This document shows positions 10,060 to 19,424 of a stretch of 64,000 nt of DNA, in pieces. Source of the stretch: a bacterium (GTDB lineage: Bacteria > UBA8248); contig OZ242260.1 in NCBI GenBank assembly GCA_965207065.1, positions 2,592,001 through 2,656,000 on the forward strand, given 5' to 3'. The notes under the pieces were generated by a model that was given only the letters and a program-made list of their open reading frames with translations, was not told the origin of the DNA and did no database searches. The translations under genes and the position numbers were made by a program. The stretch's first letter is position 1; every line of letters begins with the position of its first letter.

Positions 10060-10135
10060 GGGGTTGTTGAAAAAGTCCTTGCGGTTCTGTCGGGATTCTC
10101 CTGTAGGTAGTGCTCCCTTCTTGGGAGCGCTACAG
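10060..10135. repeat. MITE-like terminal repeat (GGGGTTGTTGAAAAAGTCC) plus GTAG…CTAC hairpin
   Basis: End motif matches 38654-38672, 58127-58146 and the reverse complement of 46607-46624. Hairpin gtagtgctccc-ttctt-gggagcgctac at 10107-10133. Confidence 0.6.
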
Positions 10136-10330
10136 ATATGCGGCCCTCCCCGTCCAGCATACGGGTCGATGGGGTGGATGCGCCCTCCCATCGCTTACCG
10201 ACATAGACCCGCCGGAATGCGCAGGAGTTTGAATCCCACCGCTTCCGTTTTGATTACGTATTCCAGATAAGCAAATCCCCAACCAAGCTCGAAAAAACCA
10301 ATATCTACAACAGTTTCAATTAACTACGCA

Positions 10331-10374
10331 AATTCCCCACCCGCCGAAAACCCCCCGCCGCCTGAAAACGGGCG
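10331..10374. repeat. 44 bp diverged repeat, copy 2
   Basis: See 1086-1129. Confidence 0.6.
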
Positions 10375-10596
10375 TTATCGGTTCGAGATGAATCACTCGT
10401 TGCCTGAAATTGACTCCTCTGACTCGACTCAAGGCTTTTATTGGCGTCTACGAAGTTTTTCGCGTGGAAATTGAAAGTATACCCCCGGTGCGTTTAGGCC
10501 TCCTCCCGAAACCTGCTAAGATGCGCCCAAACACTCATAAATCGTGAAAGTTGCTCAAAACCCGGATGTTCCCTCACATCAGGTGGAGTCTCCATC

Positions 10597-11784
10597 GTGA
10601 CCGAACCGTATCTGCCGCTCGCTCGTTTCAAGGTGCTCGACCTCACACAGGCCCGCTCTGGACCCACGGCGGTGCGCCAACTCGCCGACTGGGGAGCGGA
10701 GGTCGTCAAGATAGAGCTTCCCGCCTCGATGGGGGTCGACGTGATGGGCGGGCGCAGGCATGGCTTTGATTTCCAGAACTTACACCGCAACAAGAAAAGC
10801 CTCACGCTGAACTTGAAGACCGAAAAGGGCAGGGAGATTTTCTTGGCGCTCGCGAAACGCGCCGACGTCATCGTCGAGAACTATCGCCCCCGCGTGAAGG
10901 AGCGGCTCGGAATCGACTATGAGGCGGTTCGGCGGGTGAATCCTGGAATCGTCTACGGGAGCATCTCCGGTTTCGGGCAGGCGGGCCCATATGCCGAGCG
11001 GCCGGGGCTCGACCAGATAGCCCAGGGCATGAGCGGGCTGATGTCGGTCACGGGCGCGCCGGGGGGCGGGCCGATGCGCGTGGGGGTTGCGGTATCTGAT
11101 TTATCCGCCGGGATGATTCTCGCCCAGGGGATTTTAATCGCCCTGCTCGACCGAGAGAGGACAGGTGAGGGACGCTGGGTGCACACCTCCCTTTTAGAGG
11201 CGCAGATCCAGATGATGGACTTGCAGATGGCTCGCTACCTGATGGCGGGGGAGGTCCCCGGCCAGGCGGGCAACAACCACCCCACGTTCATCCCCACCGG
11301 AGTGTTCGAGACGGCGGACGGCCTCATCAACATCCAGGCGGGCGGGCAGCGCCTGTGGGAGCGTCTGACCCGCGCGATCGGCGCACCGGAGTTGGCGGAG
11401 AATCCCGACTACGCGGACAGGGAGAGCCGCCTCGTGAACCGTGACGCCCTGAATGCGCGCATCAACGCCCTGACATCTCGGAAAATAACCGGGGAATGGG
11501 TGGCGCTCCTGAACGAGGCGGGGATTCCATGCGGCCCCATCTATTCGGTGGATCAGACGATGGCCGACCCTCAGGTGGAGACGCTGGGCATGGCGCCAGA
11601 GGTCCATCATCCCAAACTCGGGGAGATGCGGGTCGTGGGCCAGGCGCTCAAGATGGGCGAAAGTCCCCAGCCCATGCGCTCCGCCGCGCCCGAGCCGGGC
11701 GAGCACACCGAGGCGTTGCTGCAGGAGCATTTTGGGTATGACGCCGCGCAAATCGAGGCGTTGCGCGAGGAGGGCGTGGTGTGA
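10597..11784 (+). CDS. CoA-transferase family III (CaiB/BaiF/Frc-like)
   Basis: KVLDLTQARSGP, LADWGAEVVKIE, HRNKKSLTLNLK, ENYRP, ISGFGQAGPY and the catalytic Asp region (PGLDQIAQG). Confidence 0.92.
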   Translation: MTEPYLPLARFKVLDLTQARSGPTAVRQLADWGAEVVKIELPASMGVDVMGGRRHGFDFQNLHRNKKSLTLNLKTEKGREIFLALAKRADVIVENYRPRVKERLGIDYEAVRRVNPGIVYGSISGFGQAGPYAERPGLDQIAQGMSGLMSVTGAPGGGPMRVGVAVSDLSAGMILAQGILIALLDRERTGEGRWVHTSLLEAQIQMMDLQMARYLMAGEVPGQAGNNHPTFIPTGVFETADGLINIQAGGQRLWERLTRAIGAPELAENPDYADRESRLVNRDALNARINALTSRKITGEWVALLNEAGIPCGPIYSVDQTMADPQVETLGMAPEVHHPKLGEMRVVGQALKMGESPQPMRSAAPEPGEHTEALLQEHFGYDAAQIEALREEGVV

Positions 11785-11900
11785 AGCCGGTTACCGGGAA
11801 GATGCTGGCGAAGGTCGAGGACGGCGTCGGCTGGATGATCTTCAACAACCCGGCGAAGAGAAATGCCGTGAGCCTCGATATGTGGGAAGCGATTCCGCAG
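11781..11900 (+). pseudogene. Enoyl-CoA hydratase N-terminal fragment
   Basis: GTG start overlaps the CoA-transferase stop. VKPVTGKMLAKVEDGVGWMIFNNPAKRNAVSLDMWEAIP is a crotonase N-terminus, truncated after ~40 aa. Confidence 0.75.
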
Positions 11901-11959
11901 CTCAGCGAGATGCAGGTGACGAACGAGCGCATATAGTTTCCGGGAAAAAATTCGTGCAT
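11895..11959 (-). pseudogene. N-terminal fragment of a probable alpha/beta hydrolase
   Basis: MHEFFPGNYMRSFVTCISL follows the cupin gene with a purine-rich RBS-like sequence. It resembles MFEYFPGNYxWS-type hydrolase N-termini and is truncated. Confidence 0.45.
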
Positions 11960-11992
11960 GGCTCTTCCTCTTGGAATAGGTTTCGGTGCGGA

Positions 11993-12373
11993 TCAGAAAG
12001 GATCGTCTTCGGGCGGCGCGTCGGGAGCCGCCTCGCCGGCGGGCACGCCCTTGAGGCTCCAGGAGGTATCCTTGACGTAGATGGTTTCCATGTCTTCGAG
12101 TGCAAGGGTGGAGTGCACGGCGTTCGGTGGTATGTGTATGACGTCCCCCGGCCCCGCCAGATGCTCTTCACCATCGACGGTAATTCGCTGGCGTCCTTTG
12201 AGCACGTAGATGAACTGCTCGCAGGGGTGATAGTGCGGCTCGGCACTCGTGCCCCCGGGACGCTTCCTGTGGCAGAAATACATGCGCTCGCCCTTGATGG
12301 ACTCCCCCCGGTTGCTGGAGAGATTCGGGTTTTGCTGCACTGTGGGCAAATCCTCGAAACGATAGACGGGCAT
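11993..12373 (-). CDS. Cupin domain protein
   Basis: HYHPCEQFIYVLKG…GDVIHIPPNAVHS cupin motifs. Start at MPVYRF with a GAGGGG RBS. Confidence 0.85.
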   Translation of the reverse strand: MPVYRFEDLPTVQQNPNLSSNRGESIKGERMYFCHRKRPGGTSAEPHYHPCEQFIYVLKGRQRITVDGEEHLAGPGDVIHIPPNAVHSTLALEDMETIYVKDTSWSLKGVPAGEAAPDAPPEDDPF

Positions 12374-12557
12374 GGCGCTCCCCTCAGGATATGGCCGGTA
12401 AATTTGCCGCAGACGGCGATGTCCACCCCGCCGGGGTGGGCGCCTCGGCGTGACGCGGCATCTCAATGACGATTCCCGGCAACCTAGCGAGGGGAGGTTT
12501 GCGTGTCAAGAAGAGCGCACCCCTGCGGCCTCCCGACGCAGGTTACCGGCGCCATCG

Positions 12558-13060
12558 CTACTCGGCGCTCATGACGAACTGATGAACGGGGCTCAACGCC
12601 GTCTTCTCGCTCAGGCAGTTCCTCGTCTTCGCCGTTCGCAGCCGGATGGTGGCGAAGGTCGATTCGATGGGGTTCGTCGTCCGAAGACTCCGCCAGTACG
12701 CCGCCGGGCAATCGGCGGTTTTTGGGTACTTCGCCTCCCAGGTGGCACAGAAGCGCTCAAACGCCTCCTTTGCATGCGCGCGGGTGTCCGGCCCCATATC
12801 TCGTGCAGCATCGACTTTGCTTCGCCCTGAACCCGTTTGGGCAGCCTGTCGAGCATGTTCGCCGTCTTGGGCGCCCCCAGCAGCGCGGCGCACCAGTTCG
12901 CTCAACTCGTCCTGGAAGGCTGGATTCCGTAAGGGAATCGTCGTATCTTCTCTCATGGTGGAGCATCTTCTGTGTGCTGAATGACCGGGCTCTGGACAAC
13001 CCTGTTTCAGCAGGATGCGCCGCCTTCTTCAATTCAGCTCATACACAACTTCTGACAGCA
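12558..13060 (-). mobile_element. Degenerate IS256-family element (internally deleted transposase)
   Basis: Fragments KTANMLDRLPKRVQ, AKYPK and WRSLRTTNPIESTFATIRLRT are IS256 transposase motifs spread over frames. An IS256-like end (gctgtcagaagttgtgt on the minus strand) is at ~13043-13059. Confidence 0.8.
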
Positions 13061-13078
13061 ACTCGTCGGGGAGTGCCC

Positions 13079-14824
13079 ATGGATCCAGGCTGCGACCGAA
13101 TCACCACCGAGGTCATCGCGCACCGCTTCGCCGCCGCGGCCGACGAGATGATGGCCACCCTCGTCAAGACCGCGTATTCCCCGAACATCAAGGAGCGGCG
13201 TGACTGCTCGGTCGCGATCTTCGACACTGCGGGCAACCTCCTCGCCCTGACCGCCATCGCCCCCCTTCACCTGAGCTCGCTCCTCGGCCTCGTGGAGAAC
13301 ATCACCCGGCGATACCCCCTCGACCGCTTTCGCCCCGGCGACGGCTTCCTTACGAACGATCCGTACGTGGGAGGCGGCTCGCACCTGCCGGACCTGACGC
13401 TCGCAAGCCCCGTCTTCTTCGATGGCCGGCCGGTCGCGTTCGTCGCCAACATCGCCCACCACTCCGACATCGGCGGCAAGGTGGCGGGGAGCGAGAGCGC
13501 CGACTGCACGAGCATCTTCCAGGAAGGGCTGCGAATCCCTCCCGTCAAGCTGCTGGACGAGGGGGAGCTGTGCACCGACATACTCGCGTTCGTGCTCCTC
13601 AACTCGCGCACCCCGCGCGAGCGCGAGGGCGATCTGCGGGCCCAGATCGCGACCAACGCCACCGGGGTCCGCCGGGTGCAGGAGTGCTTTGCTCGCTTCG
13701 GAGCCGATAGCGTGCACCGGGGCGCGAGAGCCCTCCTCGACTACGCCGAGTCGCGCACGCGCGCCGAGATCGCGAGGCTGCCGGACGGAACCTACGAGAA
13801 CGAAGAAGTGGTCGACAACGACGGCGTGGCCGACGGCATCGTCCGCCTCCGCGTCAAGATCACCATTCGCGTCGATAGCATTCACTTCGACTTCACGGGC
13901 ACCGACGGACAGATCGCAGGGGCCCGGAACATGCCGCTCGCGGCCACCCTGTCCGGCGTCTACTACGCGGTCAAGGCGGTGACGGACCCGGCGCTGCCGC
14001 CCAACTCCGGGTACTTCCGCGCCATCAGCGTCACCGCGCCGGAAGGCACGGTCCTCAACTGCCGCCCCCCCGCCGCCGTCGGGGATCGGGGCGCGACCGG
14101 CAACGTGCTCGGCGACCTGCTGCTGGGCGCGCTCGCCGACGCGGCGCCGGACCGGGTGATGGCCGGCTGCGGTCCGCTTCACGGGCTTATCTTCAGCGGC
14201 GTCGACCCGCGCCGGAACGAGTACTTCGTCGACTACGAGACCTACGCGGGAGCGTCCGGCGCGCTTTCCGCGCTCGACGGAAAAGACGCGGTCCGGGTCC
14301 ACGTTTCGGGCGCGGCCAACCTGCCCATCGAATCCGTGGAGCAGGAGTTCCCGCTGACCGTCGGCCGCTACGAGCTGATCGCCGACTCGGGAGGTCCCGG
14401 ACGGCATCGCGGCGGCCTCGCGACGCGCCGCGACGTCACCATCTGGGCGGAGCGGGCGAGGCTCGCAGGCCGCGGACTGCGCCAATCCCGAGGCGCGTCC
14501 GGGCTGTTTGGCGGAAGTTCGGGGTGTCCCGGCGTCTTCGTTCTGGACCCGGGCGGAAACCGCGAGACGAAGCTTCCGGGCTCGTTCTCGGAGCTCAAGG
14601 TGGACGCGGGAACGACGGTTCGGGTCGACACCCCGTCCGGCGCCGGCTTCGGCGACCCGTGGGAACGCGATCCGGAGAGGGTGCGCGACGACGTGGCCGC
14701 CGGTAAGGTGACCGCACCCGCGGCGGAGCAGAGCTACGGCGTCGCGCTCGTCCGCGGAAGCGTCGACGCCTCCCGGACCGCGGCCTTGCGGGAGGCCCGC
14801 CAAGATTCGAACCGTGGCGCCTGA
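13079..14824 (+). CDS. Hydantoinase B/oxoprolinase family subunit
   Basis: KTAYSPNIKERRDCS, NDPYVGGGSHLPD, HHSDIGG, FQEG, DSGGPGRHRGG and TPSGAGFGDP. Start at MDPG (13079). Confidence 0.92.
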   Translation: MDPGCDRITTEVIAHRFAAAADEMMATLVKTAYSPNIKERRDCSVAIFDTAGNLLALTAIAPLHLSSLLGLVENITRRYPLDRFRPGDGFLTNDPYVGGGSHLPDLTLASPVFFDGRPVAFVANIAHHSDIGGKVAGSESADCTSIFQEGLRIPPVKLLDEGELCTDILAFVLLNSRTPREREGDLRAQIATNATGVRRVQECFARFGADSVHRGARALLDYAESRTRAEIARLPDGTYENEEVVDNDGVADGIVRLRVKITIRVDSIHFDFTGTDGQIAGARNMPLAATLSGVYYAVKAVTDPALPPNSGYFRAISVTAPEGTVLNCRPPAAVGDRGATGNVLGDLLLGALADAAPDRVMAGCGPLHGLIFSGVDPRRNEYFVDYETYAGASGALSALDGKDAVRVHVSGAANLPIESVEQEFPLTVGRYELIADSGGPGRHRGGLATRRDVTIWAERARLAGRGLRQSRGASGLFGGSSGCPGVFVLDPGGNRETKLPGSFSELKVDAGTTVRVDTPSGAGFGDPWERDPERVRDDVAAGKVTAPAAEQSYGVALVRGSVDASRTAALREARQDSNRGA

Positions 14825-16916
14825 GCGTTACGTCCTCGGCGTCGACGTCGGCGGGACGTTCACCGACTTCGCACTCGTCCGCCTCTCGGACGGCAAGACG
14901 TGGTTCCTGAAGACACCCTCGACCCCGGACGACCCGTCCCGGGCGATTGCGGCCGGCATTCCGGAGCTATTGGACCGTGCAGCCGCCGGTGCCGGGAACG
15001 TCCGCTACTTCGGCCACGGAACGACGGTCGCCACCAACGCGCTCATCACGGGGGACACGGCGGTCACGGGCCTCATCACCACCGAAGGGTTTCGCGACAT
15101 CCTGGAGATCCGCCGCCAGCGCCAACCCCACAACTACGACATTCGGATGCCGAAGCCCCCGCCCCTCGTCGCGCGCCACCTCCGGCGCGAGATCGAGGAG
15201 CGCACCTATCTCCTCGGGCCTTCCGACGTGCCGCCGGACCTCGAAGCGCTCGATGGAATCCTCGACGACTTCCGCCGCGAAGGCGTGGAGGCAGTGGCCG
15301 TCTGCTTCCTGCACAGCTACCACAATCCGGCCCACGAGGCCGCCGTCGCGGCCGCGGTGCGCGAGCACCTTCCCGGTGCATTCACCTGCGCATCCCACGA
15401 AGTCGTGGCCGAGTTCCGCGAGTACGAGAGGACCACGACCACCGTGCTGAACGCATCGCTGGGCCCGGTCGTGAGCCGCTATCTCGATCGCCTCGGGGAA
15501 CGGTCCCGCGCCCTGGGCATCGTGGGCCCGAAGATCCTCCAGTCCCACGGCGGCGTCGCCTCGCTTCAGGATGCGGGTGCGATGGCGGGCCGCTGCCTCA
15601 TGTCGGGGCCGGCGGCGGGAGTCACCGGCGCGGGCTTTCTCGCCGGAAGAGCCGAGTGTCCGGACGTCATCACCTTCGACGTCGGGGGAACGAGCACCGA
15701 CGTCTGCCTCATCGAAGGCAACCGGCCGCTCGTCGCAAAGGAGCGGGAGGTGCGGGGGCATCCCATCCGCTTTCCGATGGTCGATGTGCATTCGGTGGGA
15801 GCCGGAGGGGGCAGCATCGCGCGCGTGGACACGGGCGGCTTCGTGCACGTGGGCCCCCGGAGCGCCGGCGCCGCGCCCGGTCCCGCTTGCTACGGCCTCG
15901 GGGGAACCGAGCCCACCGTGACCGATGCCAACGTCGTGCTCGGCCGCCTTTCCGGCGAATCCCTGCTGGGCGGCCGCATGAGCCTCCGTCCCGACCTCGC
16001 GCACCGCGCAATCGCCGACAAGGTGGCGGCCCCGATGGGGCTAGGTGCCGAGGAGGCGGCCGAAGCGGTGCTCACCATCCTCAACGAAAACCTGGTTCAG
16101 GCGATACGCGTGATCTCGGTGGAGAAGGGTTTCGATCCGCGGCACTTCACCCTGGTGGCGTTCGGGGGGGCGGGGCCTCTCCTCGCCTCCGCGCTCGCCC
16201 GCGAGCTGGGCATGACCCGGGTTATGGTGCCTCCCGGACCGGGTCTCCTGTGCGCGCTCGGGCTCCTCGTCGCCGACGTGCGCTCGGATTTCAGCCTGAC
16301 GCGGATCGCCGATCTCGAGGAAACCGGCGCCGCCGGCATCAACGTCACCTTCACGGAGGTCGGACAGCGAGCGCTCGAATGGTTCGACCGGGAGGGGGTG
16401 GAGCCCGGCGAGCGCACGGTGCAACGCGCCATCGACATGCGCTACGTCGGACAGAGCCACGAGATCACGGTGGCGGTTCAGGAGCGGGAATTCGCCGACC
16501 ACGACCTCTCGGCGCTGGTCGACGCTTTCCGGCGCGAGCACGAAAGAGTGTACGGCTACGCGCCGGACGCGCCGGTTCAACTGGTCACCTTTCGCGTCAC
16601 CGCCCTCGCCCGGGTGACGGCGCCCCCGGTCGCGGGCGCCGCCGGGACGGGCGGCGACCTGCGCGCGGCGGAGCGAGGGAGGCGACGGGTGCATTTTTCA
16701 GAGCTCGGCGGATTCGTCGATTGCCCGATCTACGCCCGGGAGGGTCTCCCCCGGGGTGCCGATCTCGAAGGCCCCGCGATCCTCGAGCAGATGGACTCGA
16801 CGACCGTCGTGCTGCCCGGACAGGTCGCCCGCAGCGACGAGCAGGGCAACCTGAACCTCACGGTCGTGTCGGCCCCGCACGACGCAGGGAGCGGCGGTAG
16901 CGGGAGGCTCGCATGA
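14814..16916 (+). CDS. Hydantoinase A/oxoprolinase family subunit
   Basis: GVDVGGTFTD, HGTTVATNA, EFREYERT, SGPAAG, DVGGTSTD, GAGGGS and PTVTDAN. Confidence 0.93.
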   Translation: MAPERYVLGVDVGGTFTDFALVRLSDGKTWFLKTPSTPDDPSRAIAAGIPELLDRAAAGAGNVRYFGHGTTVATNALITGDTAVTGLITTEGFRDILEIRRQRQPHNYDIRMPKPPPLVARHLRREIEERTYLLGPSDVPPDLEALDGILDDFRREGVEAVAVCFLHSYHNPAHEAAVAAAVREHLPGAFTCASHEVVAEFREYERTTTTVLNASLGPVVSRYLDRLGERSRALGIVGPKILQSHGGVASLQDAGAMAGRCLMSGPAAGVTGAGFLAGRAECPDVITFDVGGTSTDVCLIEGNRPLVAKEREVRGHPIRFPMVDVHSVGAGGGSIARVDTGGFVHVGPRSAGAAPGPACYGLGGTEPTVTDANVVLGRLSGESLLGGRMSLRPDLAHRAIADKVAAPMGLGAEEAAEAVLTILNENLVQAIRVISVEKGFDPRHFTLVAFGGAGPLLASALARELGMTRVMVPPGPGLLCALGLLVADVRSDFSLTRIADLEETGAAGINVTFTEVGQRALEWFDREGVEPGERTVQRAIDMRYVGQSHEITVAVQEREFADHDLSALVDAFRREHERVYGYAPDAPVQLVTFRVTALARVTAPPVAGAAGTGGDLRAAERGRRRVHFSELGGFVDCPIYAREGLPRGADLEGPAILEQMDSTTVVLPGQVARSDEQGNLNLTVVSAPHDAGSGGSGRLA

Positions 16917-16941
16917 CAGGGCCGAGAGAGACGGAGGGAGC

Positions 16942-17033
16942 ATGAGCAAGGATTCGGAGCGATTCCAGGTCTGGTCGACGGCGGCATGGTCGCGCCCGAG
17001 GACGCCAAGGTGAGCGTCCTCACCGCGACGGCC
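16942..17033 (+). pseudogene. Class IV (branched-chain) aminotransferase N-terminal fragment, frameshifted
   Basis: GGAGG RBS, then MSKDSERFQVW and, after a 1-nt shift, DGGMVAPEDAKVSVL (IlvE-like WxDGxxVxxEDAKVSV). Confidence 0.6.
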
Positions 17034-17076
17034 AGGCGCGGGTCCTGGTGGCGACCGATATCGCGGCCTGGACATC
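17024..17076 (+). pseudogene. DEAD-box helicase motif V remnant
   Basis: RDGQARVLVATDIAA followed, after a short deletion, by GLDI (canonical RVLVATDIAARGLDI). Confidence 0.6.
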
Positions 17077-17079
17077 CGT

Positions 17080-18717
17080 CTAGGACGAACCTATTTCGTC
17101 GAGGCATGCGCTGACGATCACGGCGCTGGTCGTGGCTTCCGCCGTGATGACTCTGGTGGCGCCGGCGTTTCGCAGAGACTCCTCGTCCATGTCGTACATG
17201 GCGCGTGCGATGATGGGGGTGTCGGGAGCCGTCCGACGAATCGTAAGGGTCGCAAGCTCCGTGGCGCGGGTGTCGTTGATGGTCACCACCACCAGACGGG
17301 CATTCCTGCAGCCGAGTTCTTCCAGCACCTCCTTTTGCGTGACGTCACCGAAGACGGCCAGATCTCCCGCCGCTCTTGCCGCGCGCACGTTATCGACGTT
17401 CACGTCGACCGCAATACAGGCGTACCCCGCAGCGCGGGCGGCCTGACACACCTCTCGGCCCGCCCGGCCGTATCCGGCGACAATGATGTGGTCGCTGTGC
17501 GGTTCGTGAGCGTCGATTCCGGGAGGTTCGGCGCCCAGGAGCCGGTTCAGCCATGGGACGCGGTCCGCGCCGAGAGCCAGGTGCGGAGCGAATGCGATGA
17601 ACATCGGCGTGAGCAGCATGGAGAGGATGATCGCCACCAGGAGATTGTGGGATAAAACGTCGCCGAGAAGGCCGGTTCCCGAAGCCGCGTTCAGAAGCAC
17701 GAACGAAAACTCGCCGATTTGACATAAAGCCGCCGCCGACAGGATAGCCACGCGAAGCGGCAGTCGCAGAACGAACCCCGTCACGAGCATGATCGTGAAT
17801 TTACCGGCGAGGATGAGGCCGAGCAGCCGGAGAGTCGGCACGAAATGTTCGAGCACATCCGAAACGTCGAGCAGCATGCCCACGGAAACGAAAAATACGC
17901 TGGCGAATACTTCCCGCACGGGAATCAGATCCGACATTGCCTGGTGGCGAAACTCACTCCCGGCGACGACCAGACCGGCGAGGAATGCCCCGAGCGCGAG
18001 CGATATTCCCGCCTGCGAAAGTCCCCATGCGATTCCGAAGCATCCGAGAAAGACGGTCAGAACGAAAAGTTCCCTCTCTTTCGTCTTGGCCACGAAAGTG
18101 AGCAAATACGGAACGACGCGGACTGCTGCAACCAGCACCCCCACGAGGATGAGAAGACCGGTGATGGCCGCGAGTGCGACTTCATGAGTGGAGCTCTCTT
18201 GTCCGGCCAGGACAGGCACCGCCAGCAGCATGGGAACCACGCACAAATCCTGGAAGACAAGAATGCCGACGGCCAGACGGCCATGCGGCGAATCCAGTTC
18301 ACCCCGCGTAGACAGGCCGCGTAACACGACGGCGGTGCTGGATATGGCTACGACGCAGCCGAGAAATACCGCAGTCCCCGTTGGGAGTCCGAACCAGACG
18401 GCCAGGGCGGCTGTGCAGGCGACGGTGGCCGTCACCTGAATGCTTCCGGCCAGCAGGATGGCTTTCCAGAGGCGCCGCAGATGGCCGAGGGAGAGTTCCA
18501 GGCCAATCCCGAACAGAAGAAGCACGATGCCGATTTCGGCCAGCACCTCGACCTGATGGGTATCGTCTACGAGGCTCAACGCCGTGGGTCCGGCCAGGGC
18601 GCCTGCCAGGATAAACCCGGCGATGGATGGAACGCCCACGCGGCGCAATACCGTTGCGACCACGACCGCCAGGCCGAGTACGATTACCAGATCCCAGAGA
18701 TACTCGATTGCAGGCAA
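17080..18717 (-). CDS. CPA2 cation:proton antiporter with TrkA-N domain (KefB/KefC/YbaL-like)
   Basis: LAEIGIVLLLFGIGLE, ISSTAVV, LVFQD, LGAFLAG, QIGEFSFVL and C-terminal IIVAGYGRAG. Likely TTG start at 18717 with a GGAGG RBS. Confidence 0.9.
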   Translation of the reverse strand: MPAIEYLWDLVIVLGLAVVVATVLRRVGVPSIAGFILAGALAGPTALSLVDDTHQVEVLAEIGIVLLLFGIGLELSLGHLRRLWKAILLAGSIQVTATVACTAALAVWFGLPTGTAVFLGCVVAISSTAVVLRGLSTRGELDSPHGRLAVGILVFQDLCVVPMLLAVPVLAGQESSTHEVALAAITGLLILVGVLVAAVRVVPYLLTFVAKTKERELFVLTVFLGCFGIAWGLSQAGISLALGAFLAGLVVAGSEFRHQAMSDLIPVREVFASVFFVSVGMLLDVSDVLEHFVPTLRLLGLILAGKFTIMLVTGFVLRLPLRVAILSAAALCQIGEFSFVLLNAASGTGLLGDVLSHNLLVAIILSMLLTPMFIAFAPHLALGADRVPWLNRLLGAEPPGIDAHEPHSDHIIVAGYGRAGREVCQAARAAGYACIAVDVNVDNVRAARAAGDLAVFGDVTQKEVLEELGCRNARLVVVTINDTRATELATLTIRRTAPDTPIIARAMYDMDEESLRNAGATRVITAEATTSAVIVSACLDEIGSS

Positions 18718-18984
18718 GCGTTTTCGCCTCCACGGCGCGGCGGCGTAGGCGGATGGTTTCATGGTCGGGGCGGAAACGGCGGACCATAGCGACTGATCGG
18801 CATACGACGAAGAACAGCTTATCATATTCGTAAATGACCCGCTCTGCATCGGAGATCATGAGTCGGCCTGCGCAATGTTTTCCTGGGAATCTACGTGCTG
18901 TGCGGCGCGGGTGGAAGGAATATCCGTCGATGATTCGAGCGGCAATAACGCTTCACCCGTTACGCCATCCATCGGCTTGAAAAC

Positions 18985-19098
18985 CAACCCCCCCTACCCC
19001 CCCTTGTCAGGGGGGTATAAAAAGGCGATGCGCCCCCGCCGGGCAGAGGGGGTTTTGCTTTTTCTTACCCCCCTGACAAGGGGGGGTAGGGGGGGTTG
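18985..19098. repeat. 114 bp palindromic element, copy 1
   Basis: Arms of the type caaccc…ctaccc…cttgtcagggggg / cccccctgacaag…gtag…gttg form a long inverted repeat. A near-identical copy is at 46424-46537. Confidence 0.9.
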
Positions 19099-19424
19099 CT
19101 TTTGTAGCGGGGGCGAGGCGCGGGTGGCGCGGTGGTTTTGCAGCCGTAGTGAAAGCCCCTCCTCGGGGCTGTCCCACAGGTCGCGACTCCGGACAACCTG
19201 GATAAGGGCCGTACGGCTACAGCCCCTCCCTCATCGGTTGCAATGCCGCTTCAAGGGGGGAGTAGTGCCGCTGGGACAGAACTCGATTTCCCATGAACCA
19301 CCACCCCGATTTGTTGTATGATGGCGGAAGGATTCATCGCGGCCCCGCATCGCCCGGTTGGGCCGTGAATCGAGTGAAGCCGTCTACAGCATTACCGGAA
19401 CAAATCATTACGGGAGAGAAAGCG

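Noticed and set aside
12722-13078. N-terminal extension of the hydantoinase B ORF
   Set aside because: It is the antisense of the IS256 remnant. Family homology starts at ATG 13079.
13034-16900. Very long overlapping ORFs (e.g. 13034-14803 minus, 14900-16900 plus; likewise 21788-23476, 24506-25903, 26580-27965)
   Set aside because: Shadow frames of well-supported genes in high-GC DNA. They are Arg/Gly/Pro-rich with no motifs.
18875-19321. ORFs containing NPPYPPLSGG (also 46401-46634)
   Set aside because: These are translations of the 114 bp palindromic repeat, not genes.
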